Of a stretch of DNA of 64,000 nucleotides, positions 10,940 to 23,843 are shown one piece after another (position 1 is the stretch's first letter; each line of letters opens with the position of its first letter). The notes under the pieces were generated by a model. That model was not told the DNA's origin. It saw only the letters and a list, made by a program, of their open reading frames with translations, and ran no database searches. A program made the translations under genes and the position numbers. This DNA comes from Mustelus asterias. Its lineage: Eukaryota. Location: the NCBI RefSeq assembly GCF_964213995.1, contig NW_027590385.1, positions 186,001 to 250,000 on the forward strand, in the 5' to 3' direction.

Positions 10940-11816
10940 TGGCAGCGCTTTGCAGCCTATCACTGTCCTTCACTATCTGTGTTTGTTCTTGAACTGTTGC
11001 CCATGTGACATTTCCAATTCGGACACAAATATAGATCTAACTCCACTGCTTCTGACAGAGCTGTTTTCGATCAGGAAACAACTCAGGTTTGTTAAATGGA
11101 TTATCAAAAACTTTAAATCTTAGCATATTGAAGCCGATCAATGACCCTGAAAGCGCCAAATCCTCAGCACTGGACCATGAGGATTTCATTCTCCTGGTTC
11201 TCCCATAGACTGAATACAGGAATTCCACAGTGCCAATTATTCACAGTCGCATTCTCCTTCCAGTCCTGTGCACGTTGTTCAGCTTTGAAATTATTCATCT
11301 TTTCACATTAGCTTCCAGTGTGATGAAAGCAGAGCAGTGATAAGCTGAAGGATTTCAACAGATTTACCACAATAAGGTTTATAACAAACATTACTCTTTG
11401 AATGTGGTGAGCTACAGTGAAATTTTATGCAGTCGAAGGTAACTCACTCATTCTGACAGTTGGTACCAGCAATTGCAATGTAAATATGATGTCGAGATAC
11501 CGGCGTTGGACTGGGGTGGGCACAATAAGAAGTCTGACAGCATCATGTTAAAGTCCAACAGGTTCATTTGCTCCGATAATAAAATCAATTTGCTTTATGT
11601 TATCAGCGCCCCGAAAGCTCCTGACTCCAAGTAGACCTGGTGTTGTAAGACTTCCTAATGTAAATATGAATTGTTGTGGAATTGACAGGATTGTGGAATG
11701 GGGCAGATTTTTCCTTCTTCCTGTTCAACCTGCCACAAGTATCTCTCCCGTTTTCGACCAGGAAGCAATACCCACTCTCCTTAATTCATGTGTTGCACGA
11801 GAGCAATGAATCATCA

Positions 11817-11888
11817 TTCCCTAACCGTGAATCGAACCCAGACCATGGCAGTTAAATAAGCGAATTCTATCGACGAAACCAACATGGA
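11817..11888 (-). pseudogene. tRNA-Glu pseudogene
   Basis: TTCCCTAACCGTGAATCGAACCC = reverse complement of Glu 3' end/B box; rest degenerate. Confidence 0.75.
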
Positions 11889-12444
11889 AATTGAAGTGAT
11901 CTGAGCACTATTGAGCAATTGTGGGCGTGTGTGTGCGTGTGTGATTTGGGAGAAAGGTCACGTGCTCTCGGGTAATCCCTGATGAATGAAGCCTCCGACC
12001 TCTTTATCGCTGAGCGTTTTGTGTTCTTGAGAAATCGTCCTCTGGAGCTGATGCAATGAGGCCAGGAGAGTAATTCACTGCACCGTCTGCAATGTGATTG
12101 CGGTGCGATTTGCTGAAAGCTGTTAATTTTATAAAATTAATCTTTTTGCGAATTCTAAATGAAATGCCCTTCAGTACCCGGTAAGAATTCTCACAACACC
12201 AGGTTAAAGTGCAAGAGGTTTGTTTGAAATCACGAGCTTTCGGAGCGCAGCTCCTTCATCACTCACGCTGAGGATTCACCACATTTTTCTGTCTTTGAAT
12301 GAAAGCAATAGATATCGCGTCAATTCCCCTGTATCCTGAGTGTACGACACTGATTTCCACAGTACACTGCTTTAAATGTTTGTTTTCAATGTGAAATTAA
12401 GTAGTTTGATTCCATGTGAAGCATTTAAACTTACACTCTTCCGG

Positions 12445-12755
12445 GAAGATGGTGACATAGTGGTAAAATCAGTGGAGTATGAATCCTGTGACCCAGGCTC
12501 ACAGGTCACGATCCCAAAGCAGTCTAGAACTGAAACGGAATTGAAAGCTAGTCTCCGTAATGAAGCTTTGTTTTCTGATTGTCATGAAAACACATCTTGC
12601 ACAAGGAAATCTGCCATCCTTCTCCTTTCTGGCCTCCATGGGACTCCAGAGGAAAGGCAATGTGATTGACTCTTAACTGCCCTCTGAAATGGCCCAGCAA
12701 AATACCCAATTCAGAGGGAAATAGGGATGGACAACAAATGCTGGCATTGACAACA
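12445..12755 (+). mobile_element. Old tRNA-derived SINE-like repeat (paralogs ~31632, ~42963)
   Basis: A-box-like GGTGACATAGTGGTAA head; AACTGCCCTCTGAAATGGCC...GGGATGGACAACAAATGCTGGC tail. Confidence 0.55.
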
Positions 12756-13437
12756 AAATATATATTGCATTAGCAGCATTTTATGAAATGATTGATTCTC
12801 ATTTTGTTTCATTTCATGTGAAACAGGGTGATATATTCCAGTGTCTTATTATTTAAAACCTCAACCTTTCAACAGTTCAAACAGGTAAGATTCAGTCAGA
12901 GAAAAGTGAACCACTGTGATCCAAACCTAGGTTTTGTAGTTGCTCCGTATCCCACCTCAAAACAGAAAATGTTGGAAGGACTCATCGGCTTCAAGAGCTT
13001 CTGTGAAGAGGGAAAGAGAGTGAATGATTCAGGTTGCTGACCTTTGACCCTAACTGGAAAAAAGTAGTGATTTAATGATTTTCAAACAAGTACAGAGTCA
13101 AGGAAAATAGAGAGGGAGAGGAGGAAAGAACAAACGGTATTTTGATCGGATGGAAGGCTGCAGCGATTGAATTACAATGGAGATGATTATTGTTCCCACT
13201 GACACAATCTCGCAGATCTGGGTTTGAATCTCATAATAAATGAGAACAAAACCTCTCTCGGAGTTCAGCGCTAAACTCCCCGCCTTCCAGTGAACCGGAG
13301 GCAGTTTTCAGCCACAAACCCACAACTGTGAGATAAGCAACGTAGAAAGAAGAAAGACTCAGCTTGAGCGGTGACACTTCGGGAGGAACGGAGATCTGGA
13401 ATTCACCCAGGAATGAGGCAAAGTTTGAAACCAATGT

Positions 13438-13510
13438 CGCCCAACGTGGGGCTCGAACCCACGACCCTGAGATTAAGAGTCTCATGCTCTACCGACTGAG
13501 CTAGCAGGGC
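13438..13510 (-). tRNA. TRNAK-CUU: tRNA-Lys(CTT)
   Basis: Matches canonical vertebrate Lys-CTT except G5>T (T:T pair in acceptor stem). Confidence 0.9.
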
Positions 13511-14338
13511 ACATGTGCTAAGCTGCTTTCCATAACCTAAAATGCATGGAGCCAACTATGGATTTTTCATCTGGTGTCTCAGCTTGTTCTGATTTCAAAG
13601 TTCACAATGAATCCACCGACAAAATCCCCAAAGTTCCTATCCATTCCTCTCAATCATTAATTACATTATTCACATCTTCCAATTCTTAGCTTCACCTCTC
13701 CCAAATATTCCAAACTCCTCTTACATCATTCACCTTATTATTCTTTGTTCTTAATAATTTAGCCAGGGGTGGGGGGAACTCAACATTTACACTGTTAAAC
13801 TGTTTCCCAGTTTCCGACTTTTCAGTAAGATCAACTCTGATAATTCTAAACTCCAGAGCGAACAGACTCATCCCACTGATTCTCTCCTCCCAGGAGAAAC
13901 GGAGAAATCAATCCAGTGAACCTCGGTTACACACAGACAGCGAAATAATGGACAGAGCAAGGAGCAAAAGATGTCAACGTAATAAAAACATAGAGAGAGA
14001 GTGTGAGGGAGATATATAGAGACAATGAAAAACAGAAATAGCGAGTGCGGTACACATCCACAACCCACGAATGAATAACAATATACACACAGCCAGCTGT
14101 CTCAACCAACAAACATGGGGTCCTCTAAACTGGTGACCAGAGATAAAGTGAATGGCCACAAGCATATTAACCTTTTAATGTCTTGATTTTCTTGTGTGAA
14201 TGTTGTGTTGATAGATTGCCTGCACTGTGTGATCAGGTTCTCAAACCAAATCCCACGTAAACCAATCCCAACGTTTGCACTGCAAATACATTTATAAAGC
14301 CTATGACTTGTCCAATACGAAACAACAGCTGATTGAGG

Positions 14339-14428
14339 GATCTAGCCCGACTTGTGAACCCGAGATCGCTCACACGTTTGTGGTTGTTTACTAACCAGGC
14401 CCGAGTAATACCCCTCGTCCAACGAGCC
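14339..14428 (-). pseudogene. tRNA-Pro pseudogene with 18-nt intron remnant
   Basis: GGCTCGTTGGACGAGGGGTA 5' end, insert AGTAAACAACCACAAACG, degenerate 3' half. Confidence 0.7.
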
Positions 14429-15406
14429 GCTGCTGAGGATGTTGTTCAATAAAAATATTTCCATTGACATCCAAAGCTGCTCAGACTTCTGCAGTGAAAG
14501 GTGAAAATGCTGGAAAAACTCAGAAAGCCAGACAGCTTGTGTGCACAGGAAAACAAATCTTATATTTTAGCACCATAACCTTTCATTGGGAAGAACTGGG
14601 AATTTCTAGAAATGTAAGAAGTTTTAAACAAGTGTTATCCAGCAGCATAACAAGAGGGTTTGAGGCCTCTTGCCGGGTGTAAATCAGGAGAGATTAAATG
14701 AGGGAAACAAAGAATTTTAAAGTAATTAAACCACAAAATGGGGCCATTCCTCAGTCCCTTACAGGACGCAGTTGTGGTGAGGATGAAGGGGAACCTGTGG
14801 ATGTAATGTACGTAGATTACATTGGAGCCACAGTGATGAGTTGGTGGGTTTTGAAAATTGAAAGTTACACTTAGGAACATAGAATTAGGAGCAGAAGTGG
14901 GCAAATTCACCCCTTCGAGCCTGAACCGTCATGCAATCAGTTCATGATTGATCTCTCCCTGTTCTCAAATCCACCTCCCTACCTGTTCCAATATCCCCTC
15001 ATCCCTTTAATTATCAGGAATATATCTGTCTCTTTCTTGAAATCATTTAATGATTCAGACTCAACCGTGCTATGGGGCAATGCATTCCACAAATTCATGA
15101 CCTTCAGTGAGAAGCAGTTCCTCCTCATCTCAGTTTAAATCTACCACCTCTCAACCTATACATTTGACATGGTGTTCCCGATTGCGCATAAGAAAAAAGA
15201 TTTTACTTTCTTCAATCCTATTTAGAATTTTATATACCACGATCACTTCAGCATATTGTGGGACTATTTCACCTCACTGTCGATTTCATGTCCCAGCAAG
15301 CACAATTGGTGTTGTCATTAGCTGAAGCAGTCACTTATGTTCCACCCAAACTGGGCACATTAAGGGATATGTGGTAAGTCATTTTGAAAAATACAGTTCA
15401 CCCGTG

Positions 15407-15476
15407 ACCCTGGGAGTCCAGTGGGTTGTATTCAGTACTCCCCAGTGTTGTTTGTTTTCAATTCCCGCTCAGGAAA
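15407..15476 (+). pseudogene. Degenerate tRNA-Glu pseudogene (paralogs ~34594, ~47435)
   Basis: CCCTGGGAGTCCAGTGG...TTCAATTCCCGCTCAGGAAA ends match Glu. Confidence 0.55.
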
Positions 15477-16412
15477 CGATCATTTATAGGTCTCAGCAAA
15501 CTATTAAAAAATAACCTGATTGACTATCTGATCGAAAGCAGATCTACTAATTTCAGCCGAGTGAGTTTTGCAAGTCTACATCACAGCTGGAAATGTCACA
15601 TGTGCAACAGTCAAGAACAAACACAGTAGCAGAAAGATAGTGATAGGCTGCAAAGCGCTGACAATTGAGATGGTGATGGAAGGTAACATTTGGATGGTAA
15701 AAAGGTCAGATTTTGGCGTTCACACTGAATTATTCACCTTTCCCCTCACTCTGCAACGAAAATATTTGGAAAAGGTTCTCTCTCGTTTCAAACAGTCGAA
15801 AGTGGAATTAATAACTGTAAGTGGAATGTCTGTTGTATGTTGTCACTGATTGAATGTATCACTGGGATGGAAACAGAAGGTGCCATATTGCAACAGAGAC
15901 TTGCTTGTGGTGAATGTAGTCTGGCCTGGCGCGAAAAATAAAGCAATACATGCAGTGTGTGTAAAGCAAGTTGTAAAACAGGCGAAAAGCAGCTGGTCTG
16001 GTGGTCAGAGTTTGACACTTTCACTGCTGTTTGGATTGGTGGTCAGGTAATGGAGATTTGTTGCTCTCATCCAAACCGTAAAAACAAATGTCAGTTATTG
16101 CCTTGTGGAACATATAAAACACAATCTCGCCTCATGTCCTGAAGTGAAGACTGAGCAAATTCAGCAGGAGGTTTTTTTCTTGTCATTTCTGGCAGGATGT
16201 TGGGAACCAGACAAGGTTAAGGGCAGTTTAAATGGTGCTGGTCCTTCACTGCAGCTCATTCTGTTTCTGACAGGATGTGATTCCTGCTTGTTACAGAGTT
16301 CAGGATAAATTGATTCAGTGAAGGAGCAGGCTCAAGCCATCTGATGGACTGTCGCAGCTCCTTTGCTGCTAATTTTAATAACAATACCAGTAAAGGGCAC
16401 AGCTCCTGACGT

Positions 16413-16493
16413 GGTAACGTAGCCGAGTAATCTAATCCAGTGGCTGAAGGTCCAGTCTTTACGGAGCTGTTGGTTCGACTGCAGCCACTGCCA
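16413..16493 (+). pseudogene. tRNA-Leu pseudogene
   Basis: GGTAACGTAGCCGAG...TCCAGTCT...GGTTCGA...CACTGCCA; flanks homologous to those of Leu-TAG at 53526. Confidence 0.7.
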
Positions 16494-17043
16494 GAATGGG
16501 TTTGAGTTTTGGTCCCTGCAGTTGAAGTCCAGCATTTCAGATTGAATGCAAGAATTTGTGCCGTGTCGTTTTTGGCATGAAGAAAGAGGAGCGACAGAGC
16601 AATGTAAGCAGTTGTTGAGGTAAAGGAACGAGTGTGGAAGGAGCAGCAAATTATCGTGGATTCTGGAATCGGAAACAGAAAGAGAAAATGCTGGAAAATC
16701 TCACCAGGTCTGGCAGCATCTGTAAGGAGTGAAGAAAGCTGACATTTCGAGTCCAGACGACCCTTTGTCAAAGCTGGGAGGAGTGGAGTTGCTCCGATAG
16801 AGAATATAAACGGCAACACCGGTTGAATGGCTGTCTGTCGAAATAAACAGCAGGATTGCAAACATTGAGACTGCAGTCCCGGCCGAGGGGATGTATTGGG
16901 ATTTTCAAACTGAGGTTCAAATCCTGTCATGTGCGCTTCCCGTCATTCCTCATTGTGACTTTTTTTTATTGAACGTTATTAGAAATGAAGCAATGGGTGC
17001 CGAGATGATCAACTCACTGCAAATTTGTCACATCAGCGTCACT

Positions 17044-17102
17044 GAGGGTCTCGTGATCAGCGTCGGCGCCGTGACGCGGTTTCGATTCCCACACACGGAG
17101 TG
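17044..17102 (+). pseudogene. tRNA-Glu pseudogene lacking anticodon loop
   Basis: Same internal deletion as 4443; B-box-like GTTTCGATTCC. Confidence 0.55.
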
Positions 17103-17444
17103 AATACATTTTTGTTCATTTATTCATTTAACAAAAACAGCGTCCGTGAAGTGAACAACAAGCTAAATCTTCCAGCTAGATGAACTTGTATCAGAGCTGG
17201 AAAAATCAGAGATGTAACATTGACGATAAACTCTGAAGAAGAACCACATGACACACACAACATACATGTCAAGTACATACACAATACACATGTCAAATCA
17301 TGTCACTTTCAACTTCTGTCTTTTAACTTCCGGCTCTCCACCTCAGACATTTCCACATTCATCAAAAATCTCCGTCCTCAAATCCCATCCTGGTCCTCAA
17401 TCCACGGATAACGCTGCACTAACTGGGAGCGCCTTGCAGCATTT

Positions 17445-17517
17445 GGCTCCATAGCTCAGTGGTTAGAGTGCTGGTCTTGTAAACCAGGAGTCGCGAGTTC
17501 AATTCTCGCTGGAGCCT
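17445..17517 (+). tRNA. TRNAT-UGU: tRNA-Thr(TGT)
   Basis: Full cloverleaf, anticodon arm CTGGT-CT TGT AA-ACCAG; no immediate T-run terminator. Confidence 0.88.
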
Positions 17518-17699
17518 ATGAGCAAGGTTCAGCTAATAGAAGCTGTCGGAAAAGGGAATAGAGTCTGGGAGATGAAATGGGGAGCTTTGATGAGTGGAGG
17601 CGCAGATCGAGTGCAATTATGGAAAGCGAACAGGTATTTCTTTCTTCGTCAAAAAATAGAAAAAGCAGCGCATATTTGAAGAGCTGAAAAAGGTAAGTG

Positions 17700-18425
17700 T
17701 CGATATTCAGCATAGAATACATGCGTTTGTACAAGGAATGCATAAAGCTGGCATGGAGGTGGAGGCAATGATTGGAAGGAAAATTGCATTTTGGTGTTTA
17801 TTGACGGCAGACTGGAGTCCAGGTATAATGAGGTGTTGCTGAAGTTGCACAGGGTTTTGTTGAGACCACATGTTGAATATTCTGTGCAGATATGATATTC
17901 ACATTTAATAAAAGATGTGTTTGCATTTGAAACGGTGCAGATAAGGTTCAGCAGATGATCCCTGGGATGAGGGAGTTGTCGTATGATGAGAGGCTGAGTA
18001 AATTTGGCTGAAAGTCTCTGGAGTTTGGAAGAATGAGAGGCGATTTCGTTAAACCTGCACAAGACTGATTGGGTTTGACAGGGTGGAGGCTGAGAGATTT
18101 CTTCTGCTGCTCGGGAAATCTAACCCACGGCAGTACAGTCTCAGGAAAATGGGCTGATCATTTCGGCCTAAGAAAAGGCGAAATTACTTCACTGAAATGG
18201 TTGCGAATCTTTGAAATTCTCTATGCCAGACAGTTATGGAAGCTCCATCATCGAATACATTTAAGGTTGGGATAGACAGGTTTCTGGCCTCTCCGGGAAT
18301 TCAGGGACAGGGAGAGCTGGTGAAAAACAGAGTTGTACCCAAAGATCAGCCATGACGGTATTGAATTTCGGGAACACGCTCGATGGACCGAGTGGTCTAC
18401 TCCTGCTCCTAGTTATTGTGTTCAT
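17700..18425 (+). mobile_element. Old degenerate CR1 3' fragment (paralogs ~39300-39950, ~50060-50750)
   Basis: Remnant GAGACCACATGTTGAATATTCTGTGCAG (RPHLEYCVQ) and CR1 tail. Confidence 0.75.
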
Positions 18426-19389
18426 GTGTATGATCAAGCTAGTAATTCATGTTAAAATAAAAACAGAAAGTTCTGGAAGTTCTCAGCAGGTCTTGGAGCA
18501 AATGTGAAGCGGACAGAGAGTTAAGGTTCTGAGTCTAATATGGCTCTTTTTAAACTAGCAACTGAGTGTGAGTTACAACAATTAGCACAATATCGAGACA
18601 GGGAATTGAATTGAATGCAGGCAGTGAAAGCCCTGAATTTAAACTCCTGTATTATTTCTGCAGTAAACTTGTTCTGGAAACTTACCTGCCAATTGAAAGT
18701 GTGGAGGTTTGAGAGCACCCCGAGCCAAATGGACTCCCGCTATTCCTGTTTCTGCTTATATTCCCGACACAGATTTACTTTGTGCCCTTCTGTAACAGTG
18801 AAATATTGTCCAAACTTTGCCAGTCTTGCTGTTATTCAGTAAATTACCATACTGTTATGACACAGAGGCTCATCCCCTTTATCTCACATCGTAATCTGGA
18901 AAAACTATTTGTGAAACTGCTAACTGTTTTTAATTAACGTTCAGAGGCTTATTAATGATAAAAATGCCTGTCACTCACTTTGACTGAATAATTAACAAGC
19001 TATTTTATTCAAACAACCAAGAACTTTAAGTAAACAAGTAAAACATGTTAATTAAGGTACGGTTCGACTGAAATGCAGTTCAAATAATACTAGGAACATT
19101 CATTACCAAAACTGTAATAACAGAATTTCAGTCACTCTAAAAGAAATTATACAAACGGCCTCGATGGGATTCAGAAGATTTTGGAGTTCTTCAGTCATTG
19201 TGCGGTGTCTGTAAGGTCTTTCTAACTCCGCATCCTTCTGTTAGATAGTTTTCTTGAGCGAATTTTAATCTGTCAGGGGTGGAGAACTGCTGTAGAGGCA
19301 AATGTTTTTTTGACTGGCTGCCCTGGCCTCTGGAGATGGTCACCCAAGATATTATCGAGAGATGGCTGTTCCTCTGGCCTTTTTTTACC

Positions 19390-21845
19390 TGATGTGGAGA
19401 TGCCGACGTTGGACTGGGGTAAACACACTGAGAGTTTTAACAACACCAGGTTAAAGTCCAACAGGTTTATTTGGTTGCAATTGCCATTAGCTTTCAGAGC
19501 GCTGCCCCTTCGACAGATGGAGTGGATATCTGCTCGCAAACAAGGCACACAGAGACAGAAAATCAAGTTACAGAATACTGATTAGAATGCCAATCCTTAC
19601 AGCCAACCAGGTCTTAAAGATACAGACAATATGAGTGGAGGGAGCATTAGGCACAGGTTAACGAAATGTGTATTGTCTCCAGACAGGAGAGCCAGTGAGA
19701 TTCTGCAAGTCGAGGAGGCAAGCTGCGGGGGTTAACGAAAGTATGACATGAATCCAATATCCCGGTTTAGGCCGTCCTCATGTGTGCGGAACTTGGCTAT
19801 CCATTTCTGCTCAGCAACTCTGCGCTGTCGTGTGTCGTGAAGGCCGCCTTGGAGAACGCTTACTCGGAGATCAGAGGCTGAATGCCCATGACCGCTGAAG
19901 TACTCCCCCACAGGGAGAGAACAGTCATGCCTGGTGATGGTCGAGCAGTGTTCATTCATTCGTTGTCGTAGCGTCTGCATGGTTTCCCCAATGTACCATG
20001 CCTCGGGACATCCTTTCCTGCAGCATATCAGGTAGACAACGTTGGCCGAGTTGCAAGAGTAGGTACCGTGTACCTGATAGATGGTGTTCTCACGTGAGAT
20101 GATGGCATCCGTGTCGATGATCCGGCACGTCTTGCAGAGGTTGCTGTGGCAGGGTTGTGTGGTGTCATGGTCACTGTTCTCCTGAAGGCTGGGTAGTTTG
20201 CTGCGGACAATAGTCTGTTTGAGGTTGTGCGGTTGTTTGAAGGCAAGAAGTGGGGGTGTGGGGATGGCCTTGGCGAGATGTTCGTCTTCATCAATGACAT
20301 GTTGAAGGCTCCGGAGGAGATGCCGTAGCTTCTCCGCTCCGGGGAAGTACTGGACGACGAAGGGTACTCTGTCCACCGTGTCCCATGTTTGTCTTCTGAG
20401 GAGGTCGGTGCGGTTTTTCGCTGTGGCGCGCCAGAACTGTCGATCGATGAGTCGAGCGCCATATCCTGTTCTTATGAGGGCACCTTTCAGCGTCTGGAGG
20501 TGTCTGTTGCGATCCTCCTCATCAGAGCAGATCCTGTGTGTACAGAGGGCTTGTCCGTATGGGATGGCGGCACGGTAGCACAGTGGTTAGCACTGCTGCT
20601 TCACAGCTCCAGCGACTTGGGTTCGATTCCCGGCTTGGGTCACTGTCTGTGTGGAGTTTGCACATTCTCCTCGCGTCTGCATGGGTTTCCTCCGGGTGCT
20701 CCGGTTTCCTCCCACAGTCCAAAGATGTGCGGGTTATGTCGATTGGCCATGCTAAAAATTGCCCTTAGTGTCCTGAGATGCATAGGTTAGAGGGATTAGT
20801 GGGTAAATATGTAGGGATATGGGGGTAGGGCCTGGGTGGGATTGTGGTCGGTGCAGACTCGATGGGCCGAATGGCCTCTTTCTGTACTGTAGGGTTTCTT
20901 TCTATGATTAACGTGTTCAGGGTGGAAGCTGGAGAAGTGGAGCATCGTGAGGATATCCGTGGGCTTGCGGTACAGTGAGGTGCTGAGGTGAGCGTCCTTA
21001 ATGGAGATGCGTGTGTCCAAGAATGCAACCAATTCCGGAGAGTAGTCCATGGTGAGTCTGATGGTGGGATGGAACTTGTTGATGTCATCATATATTTGTT
21101 TCAGTGATTGGTCACCACGAGTCCAAAGGAAGAAAATGTCATCGATGTATCTAGTGTATAGCATCGATTGAAGGCACTGTGCGGTGAAGTCGTCTTGGTC
21201 GAATCTGTGCATGAAGAGGTTGGCATATTGAGGTGCGAATTTGGCCCCCACGGCTGTTCCGTGTGTCTGGATGAAGAACTTGTTGTTGAAGGTGAAGACA
21301 TTGTGGTCCAGGGTGAAGCGGATGAGTTGTAAAATTGCATCTGGAAACTGGCAGTTGTCGGCGTTGAGTACTGAGGCCGTTGCAGCAATGCCATCATCGT
21401 GGGGGATGCTGGTGTAGAGTGCCGAGACATACATTGTGACGAGGAGTGCTCCTGGTTCAACTGCTCCATGTGTGTTGAGTTTCTGTAGGAAGACGGTCGT
21501 GTCGCGACAAAAGCTGGGGGTTCTTTGTACCATGGGTTTCAGGATGCCCTCGACATAGCCTGAGAGGTTCTCGCACAGGGTCCCATTGCCCGATACGATG
21601 GGACGGCCGGGTGTTTTTGCCTTGTGTATCTTTGGGAGGCAGTAGTGATCTCCAACGCGGGGAGTACGTGGGATGAGAGCACGGAGGGTGCTCTGAAGGC
21701 CCGGATCAAAGGATTTGATCGGAGTGCTGAGTTGACGGGTGTGTTCTTTAGTCGGATCTGTGGGTAACTGTCTGTAGTGTTCCTCGTTGTTCAGTTGTCG
21801 GTACACCTCTTTGCAGTAATCCGTTCTGTTCAGTATAACGATGGC
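19390..21845 (-). mobile_element. Penelope-like element (RT plus GIY-YIG endonuclease), 5'-truncated, split by a SINE
   Basis: ORF 20796-21806 with LPKIHK, RPIVS, SALYTSIPH, YTRYIDDIF, YRKPT; ORF 19732-20376 with NVVYLICC...WYIGET...RQRMNEH...GLN. Confidence 0.93.
20566..20908 (+). mobile_element. Full-length HE1-type V-SINE nested in the Penelope ORF
   Basis: GGCGGCACGGTAGCACAGTGG A box, GGTTCGATTCC B box, V domain, CR1-type tail; interrupts HPEHV|AIPYGQAL. Confidence 0.92.
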
Positions 21846-22562
21846 CTCTGAGTGCGGAATTGTCTCCTCAACTCAGTCCTAAATGGTTGACACACCATCC
21901 GGATAATGTGAGCCCAGTTCAAAGCATTCCAGACTCCAGAAAGAGGCGGGGGAGGAGTGGGGGTGGGGGCTGGAGGGGGTGTTGCGGGGTTGGGGGGGTG
22001 GGGAGAGCGGCGGTGGAAACAATCTCTCAGCATGTACACTGTCAAACAGTCTCGCCTTTCCAGACTTTTCAATGGGATCACTTTTCATTATTCCATACCC
22101 CAGGGAGAACATGGTAACAGCAATGAATCTCTCCTCCAAGGGCAACTGCCTCATCACAACAATCAATCCAGTGAATCTTGGTTACACAAACAGCGCGAGA
22201 ATAGAGGGAAATAAGAGAAAAGTATGGAAAGTTGATAGAGGCACAAAGAGAGACTGAGACAGTGAAAGAGACTGACGTCGATACACAGAAACAAAGAGAC
22301 AGATACAGACAGTGAGTGGGGGAGTCAGCCACATCTAATGCATGAATAACAATGTAGACAAAGCCAGCGGCCGGAGTCCACAAGCATTGGGTCCTCTGAA
22401 TCGTTGACGAGGGACAAAGAGAATGTTCAAAAGCATAGTCAACTTTTGAAAAAATCTCGAATTGCTTGAGAGGCAGTTTCCCAAACCGAACCGTGAGTAA
22501 ACTCATCCTGCCCTGTCCACGGCAAAGAAATGAGCAAGACTTCGCCATTGCGAACAACAACG

Positions 22563-22652
22563 GGGCTTGTCTGGGATTTGAACCCAGGGCCTTTCGCAAA
22601 TTGGCAAATCACAACACCCAAAGCAAGAATCATACCCCTACACCAACGAGCC
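22563..22652 (-). pseudogene. tRNA-Pro(TGG) with 18-nt intron, probable pseudogene
   Basis: Insert TGTTGTGATTTGCCAATT (22599-22616) after G37; mismatches in acceptor, D and anticodon stems; T stem CTGGG/CCCAG intact. Confidence 0.75.
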
Positions 22653-23771
22653 ACTGCTGCAAGGGGCGCTCAAATACAGATATTATATTGCCATACAAAT
22701 CTGATCTGACAACTGCAGTGGAAGTTGGAAGCGCTGGAAAAACTCAGGAAGCCAGGCAGCATGTGCACACAGGGAAAGGAATCTCCTCTTACACCTGCAT
22801 AACTTTTCTTTTCAACGGGTAAAGGTTGGAAATGTAGGAGGTTTTAAACAAGTGAAATCCAGGAGCTAGAAAGCATAACAACAGGAAACAGCTCTGATAA
22901 GGAACAATTCAGGAGAGATAAATGAACAAGTACTGTGTAGTCCATGGCCTGAGAGTGAGGAAAGCAGAGTATCACAGAATGTCTGCACCGCAGCATGAGA
23001 CCATTCACAAGATCTTTGAAGCAGTCGCGTGTCCTGTGGATAATAGGGAGCCGGTGGGTGTACTGTACAGTGATTACACAGGAGCTGCAGTGATGAGGTT
23101 GGTGGATTTTGGAAATTGAGAGGAACACATGAGCAGCTTGTGTGACTATTTCACCTCATTGCCGCTTTTATACGGCAGCGAAAAGTAATCGTTGTTGCCA
23201 CTGAATGAAGAACTAACTTATGTTCAACCTGAACAGAACACTTTGAAAGAGAGACTTGCCTCTGGTGGAAATAGATCTGAGATGGAAATAATGAAATATA
23301 AAATGAAGTAAATTAGATTAAACATCCAACGTATTAGAAATATTGGGACGTTCAACCTATTAGAAATATTGGGTTTCCAGTAAGTGACGTGAACTGATGC
23401 TGTGATCGCAGATATAGAACTGGGACCACCATCACACCGAGTGAATCCGCTGTCTGTTTAAATGTTGATCAAAGAAAACTTTTAATCATCTTGCACAATG
23501 GAACATACGGGAACTCAGTCAAGAAGCACCCTCCACTCACAAATAACAGAAAAGGTCAATTTCATCTCGCAACTTTCAGCCTTTTGCCATCTTCAGTACA
23601 TTTACCAAGAAGATTTATAAAGTAAGTGAATAGAGTTTGTGATGGTTAAAAAAAAAAGCGTTCACACCCTTAGCGTACGTAAGCACAGTGACGCACACAG
23701 AGGAGCAAACATAAGTAGAGACCACGCGAGACAGAGGACTAACGAGCGACAAAACGGGAGCTTAGCATAAA

Positions 23772-23843
23772 GGGAATATAGCTTAGGGATAGAGCATTTG
23801 ACTGCAGGTCACGACGTTTCTGCATTCAAATCGAATGCCTACT
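23772..23843 (+). pseudogene. tRNA-Cys(GCA) pseudogene
   Basis: Paralog of 9860; TAGAGCATTTGACTGCAG core. Confidence 0.75.

Larger units (their letters stand above)
10935..19060 (+). repeat. tRNA module copy A (Glu-Lys-Pro-Glu-Leu-Glu-Thr)
   Basis: Near-identical to 30121-40017 (offset ~19187, e.g. ORF 12376 vs 31563); more diverged copy at ~41400-51150. Confidence 0.92.

Noticed and set aside
12376-16050. Short ORFs nearly identical to those at 31563-35237
   Set aside because: Conservation is explained by recent segmental duplication; not preserved in older copy C
16256-16930. 224-aa minus-strand ORF
   Set aside because: Spans a tRNA pseudogene and a small repeat, has no domain motifs, and is frameshifted in the paralog at 36691-37368
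21945-22005. G-rich tract (also 57800-57855) with G-quadruplex potential
   Set aside because: Low-complexity expansion not conserved in paralogous copies
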